From contig OY762428.1 in NCBI GenBank assembly GCA_963665665.1, positions 256,001-320,000 of the forward strand: a stretch of DNA of 64,000 nt. The letters run 5' to 3'. A program made the position numbers and the translations under genes. The notes under the pieces are model-generated. The model was given only the letters and a program-made list of their open reading frames with translations, did no database searches and was not told where the DNA came from. The DNA is from Candidatus Kapaibacterium sp. Lineage in GTDB: Bacteria > Bacteroidota > Ignavibacteria > Kapaibacteriales > UBA2268. Of this stretch, positions 9,804-18,485 are shown piece by piece. Position 1 is the first letter of the stretch. Each line of letters starts with the position of its first letter.

Positions 9804-10325
9804 TTACATCCCTTCTCTTTTCTGGGTTACGAGATTAAATACAGTCGCCCGGTTCTCACGCATAATATCCATGGTTTTGAACAACCACCAGTATCTTATG
9901 CGTTTATCAGCGTCAAGAGCAAATTTTACCTTCCCTTTCGTAACAGCGAGTGTATTTTTTACAAGCTGCCCTAATTGTTCGGGCCCCGCTACCGGCAACA
10001 AAGCCTGCTGCTGTTGTTCGGCGGTTAACGTGTTTGTCAATGCCCAGATTTTCTCTCGGTCTTCTTCATTAACGACTTCGTAATAATATACTGTGTCGGC
10101 TGTTGCTGAATCAATTGCCAGCCTTATGATAGCAATATCAGTTTCCGGAACCTTAGAAGTATCGGCTGACGCCTCGGGACGCTGTATCACAAATTTCTGC
10201 TCGCTCTCGGCTTCAGTTTTAAACTTGGCCGTGAACATAAAGAATGTGAGCAGGAGGAATGTGATGTCCACCAGCGGGGTCATGTCAATAACAAAACCGA
10301 CTCTTTTCTTTTTAACTTTTGGCAC
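9804..10325 (-). CDS. exbD: ExbD/TolR family protein (second paralog)
   Basis: IDMTPLVDITFLLLTFFM, LDAD and FNLVT motifs; GTG start. Confidence 0.92.
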   Translation of the reverse strand: MPKVKKKRVGFVIDMTPLVDITFLLLTFFMFTAKFKTEAESEQKFVIQRPEASADTSKVPETDIAIIRLAIDSATADTVYYYEVVNEEDREKIWALTNTLTAEQQQQALLPVAGPEQLGQLVKNTLAVTKGKVKFALDADKRIRYWWLFKTMDIMRENRATVFNLVTQKREGM

Positions 10326-10346
10326 GGATCAACTCCTTTTTAAAAA

Positions 10347-11126
10347 TTATTTTTTAATGCGAGTTGTAAATATCTGTGTTACGTTCAAAATAGCTTCATC
10401 AATCATATAAACGAAGTTATCAACTTTTGTTGTAAACAGGTTATAAGCAACAATAGCAATAATAGCAGCAAGAAGGCCGCCGGCTGTATTGTAGAGAGCT
10501 TCAGAGATACCGAGTGAAAGCTGAGTAGCTGATACTGTTCCGCTAAGAGCCAGAGCCTGGAAAGCACGGATCATACCGAGAGTTGTTCCAAGAAGGCCAA
10601 CCATAGTTGAAATGGAAGCAACAGTCGAAAGAATCACAAGGTTTTTCTCGAGAAGCGGAGTTTCAAGGTTCATTGATTCGTCAATGGCTCTTTGAACTTC
10701 TGAAATTTTCTTTTCAGCGCTGAATTCAGGATCGTTTTCCACTTCCTGGAATCTCTGGATTGCCGCACGCATAACGTTTGCAACAGAACCGCGTTGTTTA
10801 TCACATGATTCGAGAGCTGCGTTAAGGTCGCCGCTTGCAAGATGTCCGATAACATTTTTAATATAAGTTTCGGGATTACCTTTTCCGCGAGCTTTATTGA
10901 TTGAAAGAAATCTTTCAATGATAAAAGTTATGGCGATAAGTATAAGTGAAAGAAGAAGTCCCACAAGAATACCACCTGTATAAACAAGTCCGAGAATATT
11001 ACCCGGTTTTGGTTCATGTTTTGCTGCATCCAGGAAGTTATCCGGATTTCCCATTACTACGAAGTAGAAAACGTAAGCTACCACGAGGGCCAGCACTATC
11101 ACGATGATATTAAACATGTTTTTCAT
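10347..11126 (-). CDS. exbB: ExbB/TolQ/MotA proton channel protein
   Basis: GLLGTTLGMIRAF and GISEALYNTAGGL motifs. Confidence 0.94.
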   Translation of the reverse strand: MKNMFNIIVIVLALVVAYVFYFVVMGNPDNFLDAAKHEPKPGNILGLVYTGGILVGLLLSLILIAITFIIERFLSINKARGKGNPETYIKNVIGHLASGDLNAALESCDKQRGSVANVMRAAIQRFQEVENDPEFSAEKKISEVQRAIDESMNLETPLLEKNLVILSTVASISTMVGLLGTTLGMIRAFQALALSGTVSATQLSLGISEALYNTAGGLLAAIIAIVAYNLFTTKVDNFVYMIDEAILNVTQIFTTRIKK

Positions 11127-11154
11127 AAAATTATCCCAACTCCATTTATTGAAA

Positions 11155-11499
11155 CTAATTACTTAATGTTTTAATTGCCTCTTCAAGTGAATCCGTAATA
11201 TTGAAAACCATCGTTAATTTTGTGATAACAAATATGTTCTCAATAGATTTACTAACATTGCAAAGCACGATTTTTCCGTCGCGTTTCGCGAATGATGCGT
11301 GCGATGAGATAAGTACTCCCAAAGCAGTTGAGTTAAGGTAGCTAACCTTTTCGAGGTTAATGATAAGGTTATTGGTTTTCTGGGCTGCAATTTCCTGCAG
11401 CTTCTGGCGAAGTTCATCTGTTTCTTCGCCGCCAATGAATTGTCCCTTTAGATGAAGGACCGTACCGCCAATTTGCTCTTCGATCTTCATTTGCGACAT
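11155..11499 (-). CDS. STAS-domain anti-sigma factor antagonist (RsbV/SpoIIAA-like)
   Basis: LEKVSYLNSTALGVL with conserved phosphorylatable Ser; ITKLTMVF; EEAI. Confidence 0.88.
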   Translation of the reverse strand: MSQMKIEEQIGGTVLHLKGQFIGGEETDELRQKLQEIAAQKTNNLIINLEKVSYLNSTALGVLISSHASFAKRDGKIVLCNVSKSIENIFVITKLTMVFNITDSLEEAIKTLSN

Positions 11500-11766
11500 A
11501 ATAAATACCTCAAGAAATGTATAAAAAACATTTTATATTTTGCCAAAATCACAGATTCCTAAAATAATATATTTTTTATTAAAGTGAGGCAATTTTTTTA
11601 TGGCAATTGCATTATGATCTTAAAAACCATCTGAAACTGTCCTTTCCATGCTATTTGTTTAACTTTCTTTTTTTCCATACTTTTCGTTCGTACATCCTAT
11701 AAAAACAGACACATCAAATATGCGAATAGTTACAATGCAAATTCGCATTTTTAGATAAATTTTGTG

Positions 11767-12636
11767 TTAAGATTTTGTCAATTTTTTGTTAATACCAGAA
11801 ACAAATCTTTGCAATCCCGCGTAATCTTCTTTTATTTCAATACAATATGCATTTTCTTGAAACATTTTTTCAACTTCATTCATAACAGATGGGTCTGCTT
11901 CAAGAATAAAAAAACTATTTTCGCTTAACATATCTTTAAATATTTCCACAAATCTTTCATAAAATGCAGTACCGTTCTTAAAATCCGTGAGAGCATTTTC
12001 CGGTTCGAATTTTAAAACTTCCGGTTCAAGTGATTGGTATTGCATATACGGTATATATGGCGGATTTGATATTATCATATCAAATATGCCATTAATACTA
12101 TCATTTAGAATATCATGCCGAATAAAGTTAATTCTATCGGCATTGGTTAGTATTGCATTATTTCTGGCCTGATCAAGGGCATTATCAGAAACATCTGTTG
12201 CAATAATTTCTGCATTTTTCAAATTTTTTGCCAATGCGATTGAAATACATCCCGACCCTGTTCCGATTTCCAATATTTTGGGCTCCTCAAGGCCTTTTAC
12301 TTTCTCAAGAGCCATTTCAACCATTTGTTCTGTTTCCGGCCTTGGGATCAGCACACCCGGCTTAACGTTTATTCTATTGCCGTAAAACTCAGTCCATCCT
12401 GTAATATATTGTAGCGGTTCCCTTCGGGCGCGTCTTTTCACGGCATCCCGCAGCGGAGCAAGTTCTTTTTCTTTAAGAGGATAATCGAAATTGGAGTAAA
12501 TACTGATTCGGTCAATATTCAGAACGTGGCAAAGAAGAAGTTCAATATTCAAGCGGGGGGATTCTATGCCCTTTTCTGCAAAGAATCCCTTTCCCCAGTT
12601 AATTATATCTAATATTGTCCAGACTTTGGAAATCAA
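11767..12636 (-). CDS. prmC: Release factor glutamine methyltransferase
   Basis: EPLQYITG, VLIPRPETE, EIGTGSGCI, SNPPY motifs. Confidence 0.96.
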   Translation of the reverse strand: MISKVWTILDIINWGKGFFAEKGIESPRLNIELLLCHVLNIDRISIYSNFDYPLKEKELAPLRDAVKRRARREPLQYITGWTEFYGNRINVKPGVLIPRPETEQMVEMALEKVKGLEEPKILEIGTGSGCISIALAKNLKNAEIIATDVSDNALDQARNNAILTNADRINFIRHDILNDSINGIFDMIISNPPYIPYMQYQSLEPEVLKFEPENALTDFKNGTAFYERFVEIFKDMLSENSFFILEADPSVMNEVEKMFQENAYCIEIKEDYAGLQRFVSGINKKLTKS

Positions 12637-12665
12637 AATATCCGTCTAATCTTATAACACAAGAA

Positions 12666-13613
12666 TTATGCTGCTACTGCTTTTGCCTTTATTGTACTAT
12701 TTATCAGCGATAGCAGAGCCATTCTGATAAATACTCCGTGAGTAACCTGAGTTTGGATTAAAACGTTAGGGAATGTTGCCAGTTTGTAATCCAGTTCGAT
12801 ACCATAATTAACCGGCCCCGGGTGAAGAAGAACCAGTTCAGGCTTACTCTGGAAATGCTCGAAAGTAATTCCGAAATACTTTGAAAACTCCCTCATTGAA
12901 GGCAATAACCCGGATTCCATTCTTTCTCGCTGAAGCCTAAGAACCATAACAACATCCGACCATTCAACAGCTTCATCAATGTTGTTAATTATCTTCACAT
13001 CCCAGTTTGCAAGATTTCTTGGCAGCAATGTTCCGGGAGAGCAAAGTGCTACTTCGGCTCCAAGAGTTTTAAGTGTAGTGATATTTGACCTTGCCACGCG
13101 GCTATGCAGAATATCACCAACAATAGTAATCTTCAGTCCTTCAAATTTGCCGAAATGTTTGTATAGCGTAAAAGTGTCAAGCAGAGCCTGAGTTGGGTGC
13201 TCGTGTTTTCCGTCACCCGCATTTACGATAGAACCGCTGGTGTTCTGCTGAAGAAACAGGGGTACACCCGAGCATGCATGCCTTACCACATACATCTGAA
13301 CTCCCATAGCTTCGATAGTTCGGAGAGTATCTATCAAAGATTCTCCTTTAGCCAGACTGCTGGTTTTTGCCTGAAAAGACAGTGTATCAGCAGAAAGCCT
13401 TTTGGCTGCAAGATCAAAAGAAAGTTTTGTCCTCGTGGAATTTTCGAAAAATGCCATAGCAACAGTAACGCCTTTCAGGTCGTCGAACTTAACGCCCGGT
13501 TTGTAATTATCAAGAAAGAACTGTGCTCTGTCAAAAATTTTATAAATGTCCTCGTGGGTCAGGTCGTCAGCTTGCAGCAGATAGGGGTGTGAAATTGTAA
13601 TGTCTGAATTCAT
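12666..13613 (-). CDS. pyrB: Aspartate carbamoyltransferase catalytic subunit
   Basis: FFENSTRT, NAGDGKHEHPTQALLD, RLQRER, HPGP motifs. Confidence 0.97.
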   Translation of the reverse strand: MNSDITISHPYLLQADDLTHEDIYKIFDRAQFFLDNYKPGVKFDDLKGVTVAMAFFENSTRTKLSFDLAAKRLSADTLSFQAKTSSLAKGESLIDTLRTIEAMGVQMYVVRHACSGVPLFLQQNTSGSIVNAGDGKHEHPTQALLDTFTLYKHFGKFEGLKITIVGDILHSRVARSNITTLKTLGAEVALCSPGTLLPRNLANWDVKIINNIDEAVEWSDVVMVLRLQRERMESGLLPSMREFSKYFGITFEHFQSKPELVLLHPGPVNYGIELDYKLATFPNVLIQTQVTHGVFIRMALLSLINSTIKAKAVAA

Positions 13614-13663
13614 CGCCTGTATATACCAAAATCCTTACAACAAAATTTTACAAATTTACAAAA

Positions 13664-13691
13664 AAAAAGCCGCTCATACGAACGGCTTTTT
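13664..13691 (-). terminator. Intrinsic terminator after HU gene
   Basis: aaaaagccg...cggcttttt stem with long T-run on minus strand. Confidence 0.75.
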
Positions 13692-13705
13692 CTCATCATC
13701 AAAAA

Positions 13706-14023
13706 TTATTTTTTCTTAGCTTTCTTCTTTGTTTTCTTTGGCGGAGTAGCTACTGATTCAGCCAAAGCTTTGCCCGGCTTGAATTTTGCAACGTTTTTCG
13801 CCGCTATGTCAATTGTTTTTCCTGTGCGTGGGTTTTTACCTTTCCTGGCAGCTCTTTCAAAAACTGAAAAAGTTCCAAATCCGATGAGAGTAACGCTTCC
13901 GCCGCCTTTGAGTTCGTCAGAGATGGCAGTAAATGTAGCTTTGACAGCCTTTTCGGCCTGTACTTTAGTAAGTCCGGTTTCTCCGGCAATTGTGTTGATA
14001 AGTTGAGTTTTGTTTAAACTCAT
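13706..14023 (-). CDS. hup: HU family DNA-binding protein with Lys-rich tail
   Basis: GFGTF, RAARKGKNPRTG, KFKPGKAL motifs. Confidence 0.94.
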   Translation of the reverse strand: MSLNKTQLINTIAGETGLTKVQAEKAVKATFTAISDELKGGGSVTLIGFGTFSVFERAARKGKNPRTGKTIDIAAKNVAKFKPGKALAESVATPPKKTKKKAKKK

Positions 14024-14194
14024 AGAACCCCCTAAGAGTTTGATAAGAATAAAGAAAAGAAATATTCTCTTACAAAATATGAGAATTATTCAAGGTTTGC
14101 AAGTATTTTTTTATAAAAATCAAGATTTAGCGGGGTTTTTCAGGTTTTTTTTAACTTTTTTTAATAAAAAAGGGAAATTTATGGTCAAAAAAGC

Positions 14195-14701
14195 TTATTC
14201 GGCTTGAAACCACAGAGCTACATAAGGAAAAATCTTATAAGCAGAGTAAAATATATGAAGGCATAGCCAGGCAAGAATTCCTGCAATCACATCATCAAGC
14301 ATTACAAAAAATGCTCCTTTTTTATCATTGATGCGATTTATCGGAAATGGCTTCATTATATCAAACAGCCGGAACAAAGCAAAGGCTGTTATTACCCATA
14401 TCAGATTCAAATCAACCCATGGAGTGCAAATTGTTATCCACATACCAACCACTTCGTCGATGATAACCGATGAAGGATCATCGCCTAATTTTGATTCCAT
14501 TATTTTAATGAAAGGAAGAGAGATCAAACCGACAACAACAATTAATAACAGCAATACAGACATATAATAAAATGGACTGATAAAAAGAACCGGCAGAGCG
14601 GCTATACTGCCATAAGTACCCGGAGCACCTTTTATCCGCCCTATACCGAACAGAGTAGTAAAATTGAAAGCAACGTTATATTTGAATTTCTCCAAAATCA
14701 A
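14195..14701 (-). CDS. pgpA: Phosphatidylglycerophosphatase A
   Basis: APGTYGS, DPSSVIIDEVVG, FRLFDIMKPFP, MLDDVIAG motifs. Confidence 0.95.
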   Translation of the reverse strand: MILEKFKYNVAFNFTTLFGIGRIKGAPGTYGSIAALPVLFISPFYYMSVLLLLIVVVGLISLPFIKIMESKLGDDPSSVIIDEVVGMWITICTPWVDLNLIWVITAFALFRLFDIMKPFPINRINDKKGAFFVMLDDVIAGILAWLCLHIFYSAYKIFPYVALWFQAE

Positions 14702-14707
14702 GCCCGC

Positions 14708-15292
14708 CTACTTTTTAAACAGGCTGCGGTTTTGCCTGAAATACTCTATTAAGGTCCAGACTGTAAATATTGTAATTCCAAGCATAACCCACCAGGCAAC
14801 CTGCCGAATTAAAATATCATTATTCAGATGGGATGACTCGGAAATAAGCCCTGAATTTCTCATATAAATATAGATAAGTAATAAGGCAATATAAACCATC
14901 TGGATGAATGTTTTCAGCTTGGCTGAAAAAGATGTTTTCATATCCTTACCTGCGTTGTCTGCGTAAACCCTTAAAAAAGTAGTTCCGAAATCACGGATAA
15001 GTATAACAACAACCATCCAAACCGGAATATAATCCAGGATAATGAAAACAATAAATGCAGCTGTAGTAAGGAATTTGTCGGCCAGGGGATCAACGAATTT
15101 CCCGAGTTTCGAAACAGATTCAAAACGCCGTGCTATCCAGCCATCGATATAATCAGTAAAAGCTCCGAAAAAGTAGAGGAAAATTCCAAGCTTAACATAT
15201 TCAGGATTATCTGATATAGCAAGAAAAAGGAAAATCGGGGCTATGACAATCCTGAGCATACTAATTATATTGGGAAGAGTAAACTCCATCAC
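14708..15292 (-). CDS. pgsA: CDP-diacylglycerol--glycerol-3-phosphate phosphatidyltransferase
   Basis: LPNIISMLR and TDYIDGWIARR...GKFVDPLADK CDP-alcohol phosphotransferase motif; adjacent to pgpA. Confidence 0.92.
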   Translation of the reverse strand: MMEFTLPNIISMLRIVIAPIFLFLAISDNPEYVKLGIFLYFFGAFTDYIDGWIARRFESVSKLGKFVDPLADKFLTTAAFIVFIILDYIPVWMVVVILIRDFGTTFLRVYADNAGKDMKTSFSAKLKTFIQMVYIALLLIYIYMRNSGLISESSHLNNDILIRQVAWWVMLGITIFTVWTLIEYFRQNRSLFKK

Positions 15293-16056
15293 GATAAAAT
15301 ATCTTCGGCAATCTCAATCAATTTTATAAAAGAGTCTGCTTTCAGCGAGGCACCACCAATCAGGCCTCCATTGACATCTTCAATAGCAAGCAGTTCAGCT
15401 GCATTATCCGGCTTCATACTCCCACCGTATAAAATCAGAACTTCTTTTGCTTTATTTGGGAATAATTCTTTCAGGAAGGCTCTTATTTTTCTGTGGGCTT
15501 CATCAACCTGGTCATTTGTTGCAGCCTCGCCCGTACCGATTGCCCATACCGGTTCGTAAGCAATAATAATATTTTCAGATATGCTCTCATCAACACCGGC
15601 CAAACCTTCTTTTAATTGATTTTCAAGAACTTCGAATGTTTTCCGGTTTTTCCTCTCTTCCAAGGTTTCGCCAATACAAAGAATTGCTTTCAGTCCCTCT
15701 GCAAGAACAGCTTTTAGTTTTTTATTTAGCAGATTATTGTTTTCACCGAAATAAGCCCGCCTCTCGGAATGGCCAATGATAACATATTCAGCACCGGTAG
15801 CTTTTATCATGCACGGGGCTATTTCACCGGTATAAGCACCTTTATTTTCAAAATAGCAGTTCTGTGCACCAACTTTTACATCTGAATCTATTACTGAATT
15901 CAGCACGGGCACAATGTTAATAGCAGGCGGACATACAAGAACGCCGCACTTCAGATCTTTTTTGAAGGCAAAATCCTTTATATCTTCTCCAAGTGAAACT
16001 GATTCTGAAATATCCAGGTTCATTTTCCAGTTTCCGGCTATCAATATCTTTTTCAT
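15289..16056 (-). CDS. tpiA: Triosephosphate isomerase
   Basis: AGNWKMN, GHSERR, AYEPVWAIGTG, YGGS motifs; likely ATG at 16056. Confidence 0.98.
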   Translation of the reverse strand: MKKILIAGNWKMNLDISESVSLGEDIKDFAFKKDLKCGVLVCPPAINIVPVLNSVIDSDVKVGAQNCYFENKGAYTGEIAPCMIKATGAEYVIIGHSERRAYFGENNNLLNKKLKAVLAEGLKAILCIGETLEERKNRKTFEVLENQLKEGLAGVDESISENIIIAYEPVWAIGTGEAATNDQVDEAHRKIRAFLKELFPNKAKEVLILYGGSMKPDNAAELLAIEDVNGGLIGGASLKADSFIKLIEIAEDILS

Positions 16057-16121
16057 CGAAAAACTCAAAATTAGTAACACAACTGAAAGCAAATTAATAA
16101 TATTGCCCGAGAAAAAAATAA

Positions 16122-16679
16122 TTATTTTAATGACTGAATCGACATCACTTTCATAACTTTATAATTGTCCAGACTTTGGTCTGATTCAAATCCCATACCT
16201 TCAATATACTGCTTTGGGGAAGTGATCTTTACAAACTCGGTAGAAAAAAGTTTTCTCTCCTTATTACTCCATTGGAGCACATCTGTTTCCAGCTTTGTCT
16301 CGCTGCTGTCGGAAATAACAATAACATTTCCCATGGCGAGCATATCTTTTGTCCTGTCGTCAATTCTGGCGCTATCGGCAGTCAGGTAGCTAACCCTCTC
16401 CCCTGTTTCCTTTGAAAAAAAATCAACACGAAGGTTACCATCAAGTATTGTTTCCATTCTTGCCTGATACACTCTTGCTTCGTCAGCTTTTAGTATAGCT
16501 TTTGTAAATGATGAGTCAACAAAAACGACCTCGGGATTGAAGGAAACCTGATCCGGAGTTTCTGTTTTAACATTCGTGGATTTCAATTTCGGACTGTGAT
16601 TCTCTTCATCGGCACAGGAAAACATGAATAATAAAAAGAACACAATCACTGGGAAAATATATTTTGCGTTAAATATCAT
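16122..16679 (-). CDS. lptC: LPS export protein LptC
   Basis: Lipobox FSC; LTADSA, GNVIV, LETDVLQW, GMGFESD beta-jellyroll pattern; follows kdsA. Confidence 0.82.
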   Translation of the reverse strand: MIFNAKYIFPVIVFFLLFMFSCADEENHSPKLKSTNVKTETPDQVSFNPEVVFVDSSFTKAILKADEARVYQARMETILDGNLRVDFFSKETGERVSYLTADSARIDDRTKDMLAMGNVIVISDSSETKLETDVLQWSNKERKLFSTEFVKITSPKQYIEGMGFESDQSLDNYKVMKVMSIQSLK

Positions 16680-17485
16680 TTTTCACTAACACTTACAATT
16701 CTTAAAATATCTTTCAGAAAGTCTTCGGCTTTACTTAATTCCAATTGTGTTGCAGCATCGCTCAATGCCTTTGCCGGTTCAGGATGAGTTTCGAAAAACA
16801 TTCCATTAATTCCGACTGCCGCGGCCGCCCTTGCCAGAGCAGGTATAAATTCAGGAGTTCCCCCCGATTGATCACCGACAGAGGGTTGCTGAACCGAATG
16901 AGTTGCATCATAAACAACGGGGTAGCCAAATTGCTTCATGATAATAAGCGACCTGAAATCCACAACCAAATTGTGATAGCCAAAACTTGTACCTCGCTCT
17001 GTTAGCAATATGTTGTTGTTTCCTGTTGAAGCAACTTTCTCTGCAGCTTTGGCCATATCTTCAGGAGCCATGAACTGAGCCTTCTTTATATTCACGGGTA
17101 ATCCGGTTTCTCCGGCTGCTACAAGAAGTTCTGTCTGTCGTGCAAGAAAAGCAGGTATCTGTAGATAATCCACGTATGAAGCAGCAATATGAGCTTCGGC
17201 TGTACTATGCACATCGGTTATTACCGGCAACCCGAATTTTTCCCTTACCGAGGCCAGCCATCCAAGGGCTTTTTCATCACCGGCACCGGTAAATGAGTTG
17301 ATACTTGTTCTGTTCGCTTTCTTGTAGGAAGCCTTGAAAATCAATTTGATACCCAGTTTATCGCAAGACTCCTTGAGTGAAGCAGCAATATCGTGCAGCA
17401 TTTCTTTTGATTCAGCAACACATGGGCCTGAGATAACGAAAAACTGTTCGTCCTTCATGGATCTTTCCGAATTGTTTATCAACAT
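16676..17485 (-). CDS. kdsA: KDO-8-phosphate synthase
   Basis: GPCVAES, KASYKKANRTS, QIPAFLARQT, DATHSVQQP motifs; start may be ATG at 17458. Confidence 0.96.
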   Translation of the reverse strand: MLINNSERSMKDEQFFVISGPCVAESKEMLHDIAASLKESCDKLGIKLIFKASYKKANRTSINSFTGAGDEKALGWLASVREKFGLPVITDVHSTAEAHIAASYVDYLQIPAFLARQTELLVAAGETGLPVNIKKAQFMAPEDMAKAAEKVASTGNNNILLTERGTSFGYHNLVVDFRSLIIMKQFGYPVVYDATHSVQQPSVGDQSGGTPEFIPALARAAAAVGINGMFFETHPEPAKALSDAATQLELSKAEDFLKDILRIVSVSEK

Positions 17486-17631
17486 AGTTAAAATCAGCTT
17501 TGGATTTTCAGATGATTTTTGTAATATTAAAAGCTGAAAATTTTAATATCTCAGATTATGTTTGAAAATCTTTTACCGACAACTTTGAATATACAAAATG
17601 TTGTGCTAAGCTAAAAACATTTTAAATACGT

Positions 17632-18417
17632 ATGGGTATTTCTGAGATAGTATTTGGGAACAATGAAATGAAGAAAATGAAAATAGACGCGTATCTTACC
17701 CCTCTATTCCCCGAGAAGAATAACCTTTTCGAAGGTTCGGTTGTTATTATGATAGATGTTCTCAGGGCAAGTACAACAATATGTGCTGCTCTTGAAAATG
17801 ATGCTAAAGAAGTAATTCCATGTGAGTCGCTTGATAAGGCAGTTAGTATTTACAGCAGCTTGGACAGGAATGTCCGCTTTCTTGGAGGAGAAAGGAATTG
17901 TACCGCACCGAGCGGCTTTGATGCCGGAAATTCCCCGGACGAATACACAAGGGAAAAAGTAGAAGGGAAAACTGTTATCCTGACAACGAGTAACGGAACA
18001 AGGATATTTACCAAAGCCCGCGAGGCAGCACACAGGTTTATTGGATCATTTGTTAATATTGACATATTGAGCAATCATATCAGGAAAATTTTTTCGGAAG
18101 AAAACGAATTTCAAAACATTGTTATAATGTGCGCGGGTACAAATAACAGGCTTGCCTATGAAGACGTTCTCTGTGGTGGAGCATTTGTCAGTATGATACA
18201 GGCGAATTTCCCGGAGGCAGCACTCACGGATACTGCAGATGCAGCGAAAAATCTATTCAGGCTCCATTCTTCCGATATGGTAAAATTCCTGAAAGAAAGA
18301 GAACACGCCTCTGCCCTGATTGAAATGGGGTTTGAAAAAGATGTTGAAACGGCCTTATCCTTTAACAGCTATCCTGTTCTGCCATTTGTTGATGGCAGCA
18401 GTATAAAAAAATTGTAG
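17632..18417 (+). CDS. comB: 2-phosphosulfolactate phosphatase family protein
   Basis: IDVLRASTTI, GGER, GFDAGNSP, TTSNGT, EDVLCGG motifs; true start may be a few codons downstream. Confidence 0.9.
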   Translation: MGISEIVFGNNEMKKMKIDAYLTPLFPEKNNLFEGSVVIMIDVLRASTTICAALENDAKEVIPCESLDKAVSIYSSLDRNVRFLGGERNCTAPSGFDAGNSPDEYTREKVEGKTVILTTSNGTRIFTKAREAAHRFIGSFVNIDILSNHIRKIFSEENEFQNIVIMCAGTNNRLAYEDVLCGGAFVSMIQANFPEAALTDTADAAKNLFRLHSSDMVKFLKEREHASALIEMGFEKDVETALSFNSYPVLPFVDGSSIKKL

Positions 18418-18485
18418 GATTTAGGCTTAATTATTATTATCTTTAAGCGTTTAAATGCAGCATAATTAAACAAGGGGGACTAACA

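Noticed and set aside
17632-18417. comB as evidence of coenzyme M biosynthesis
   Set aside because: No comA/comC/comDE nearby; stand-alone ComB-family phosphatases are common in bacteria
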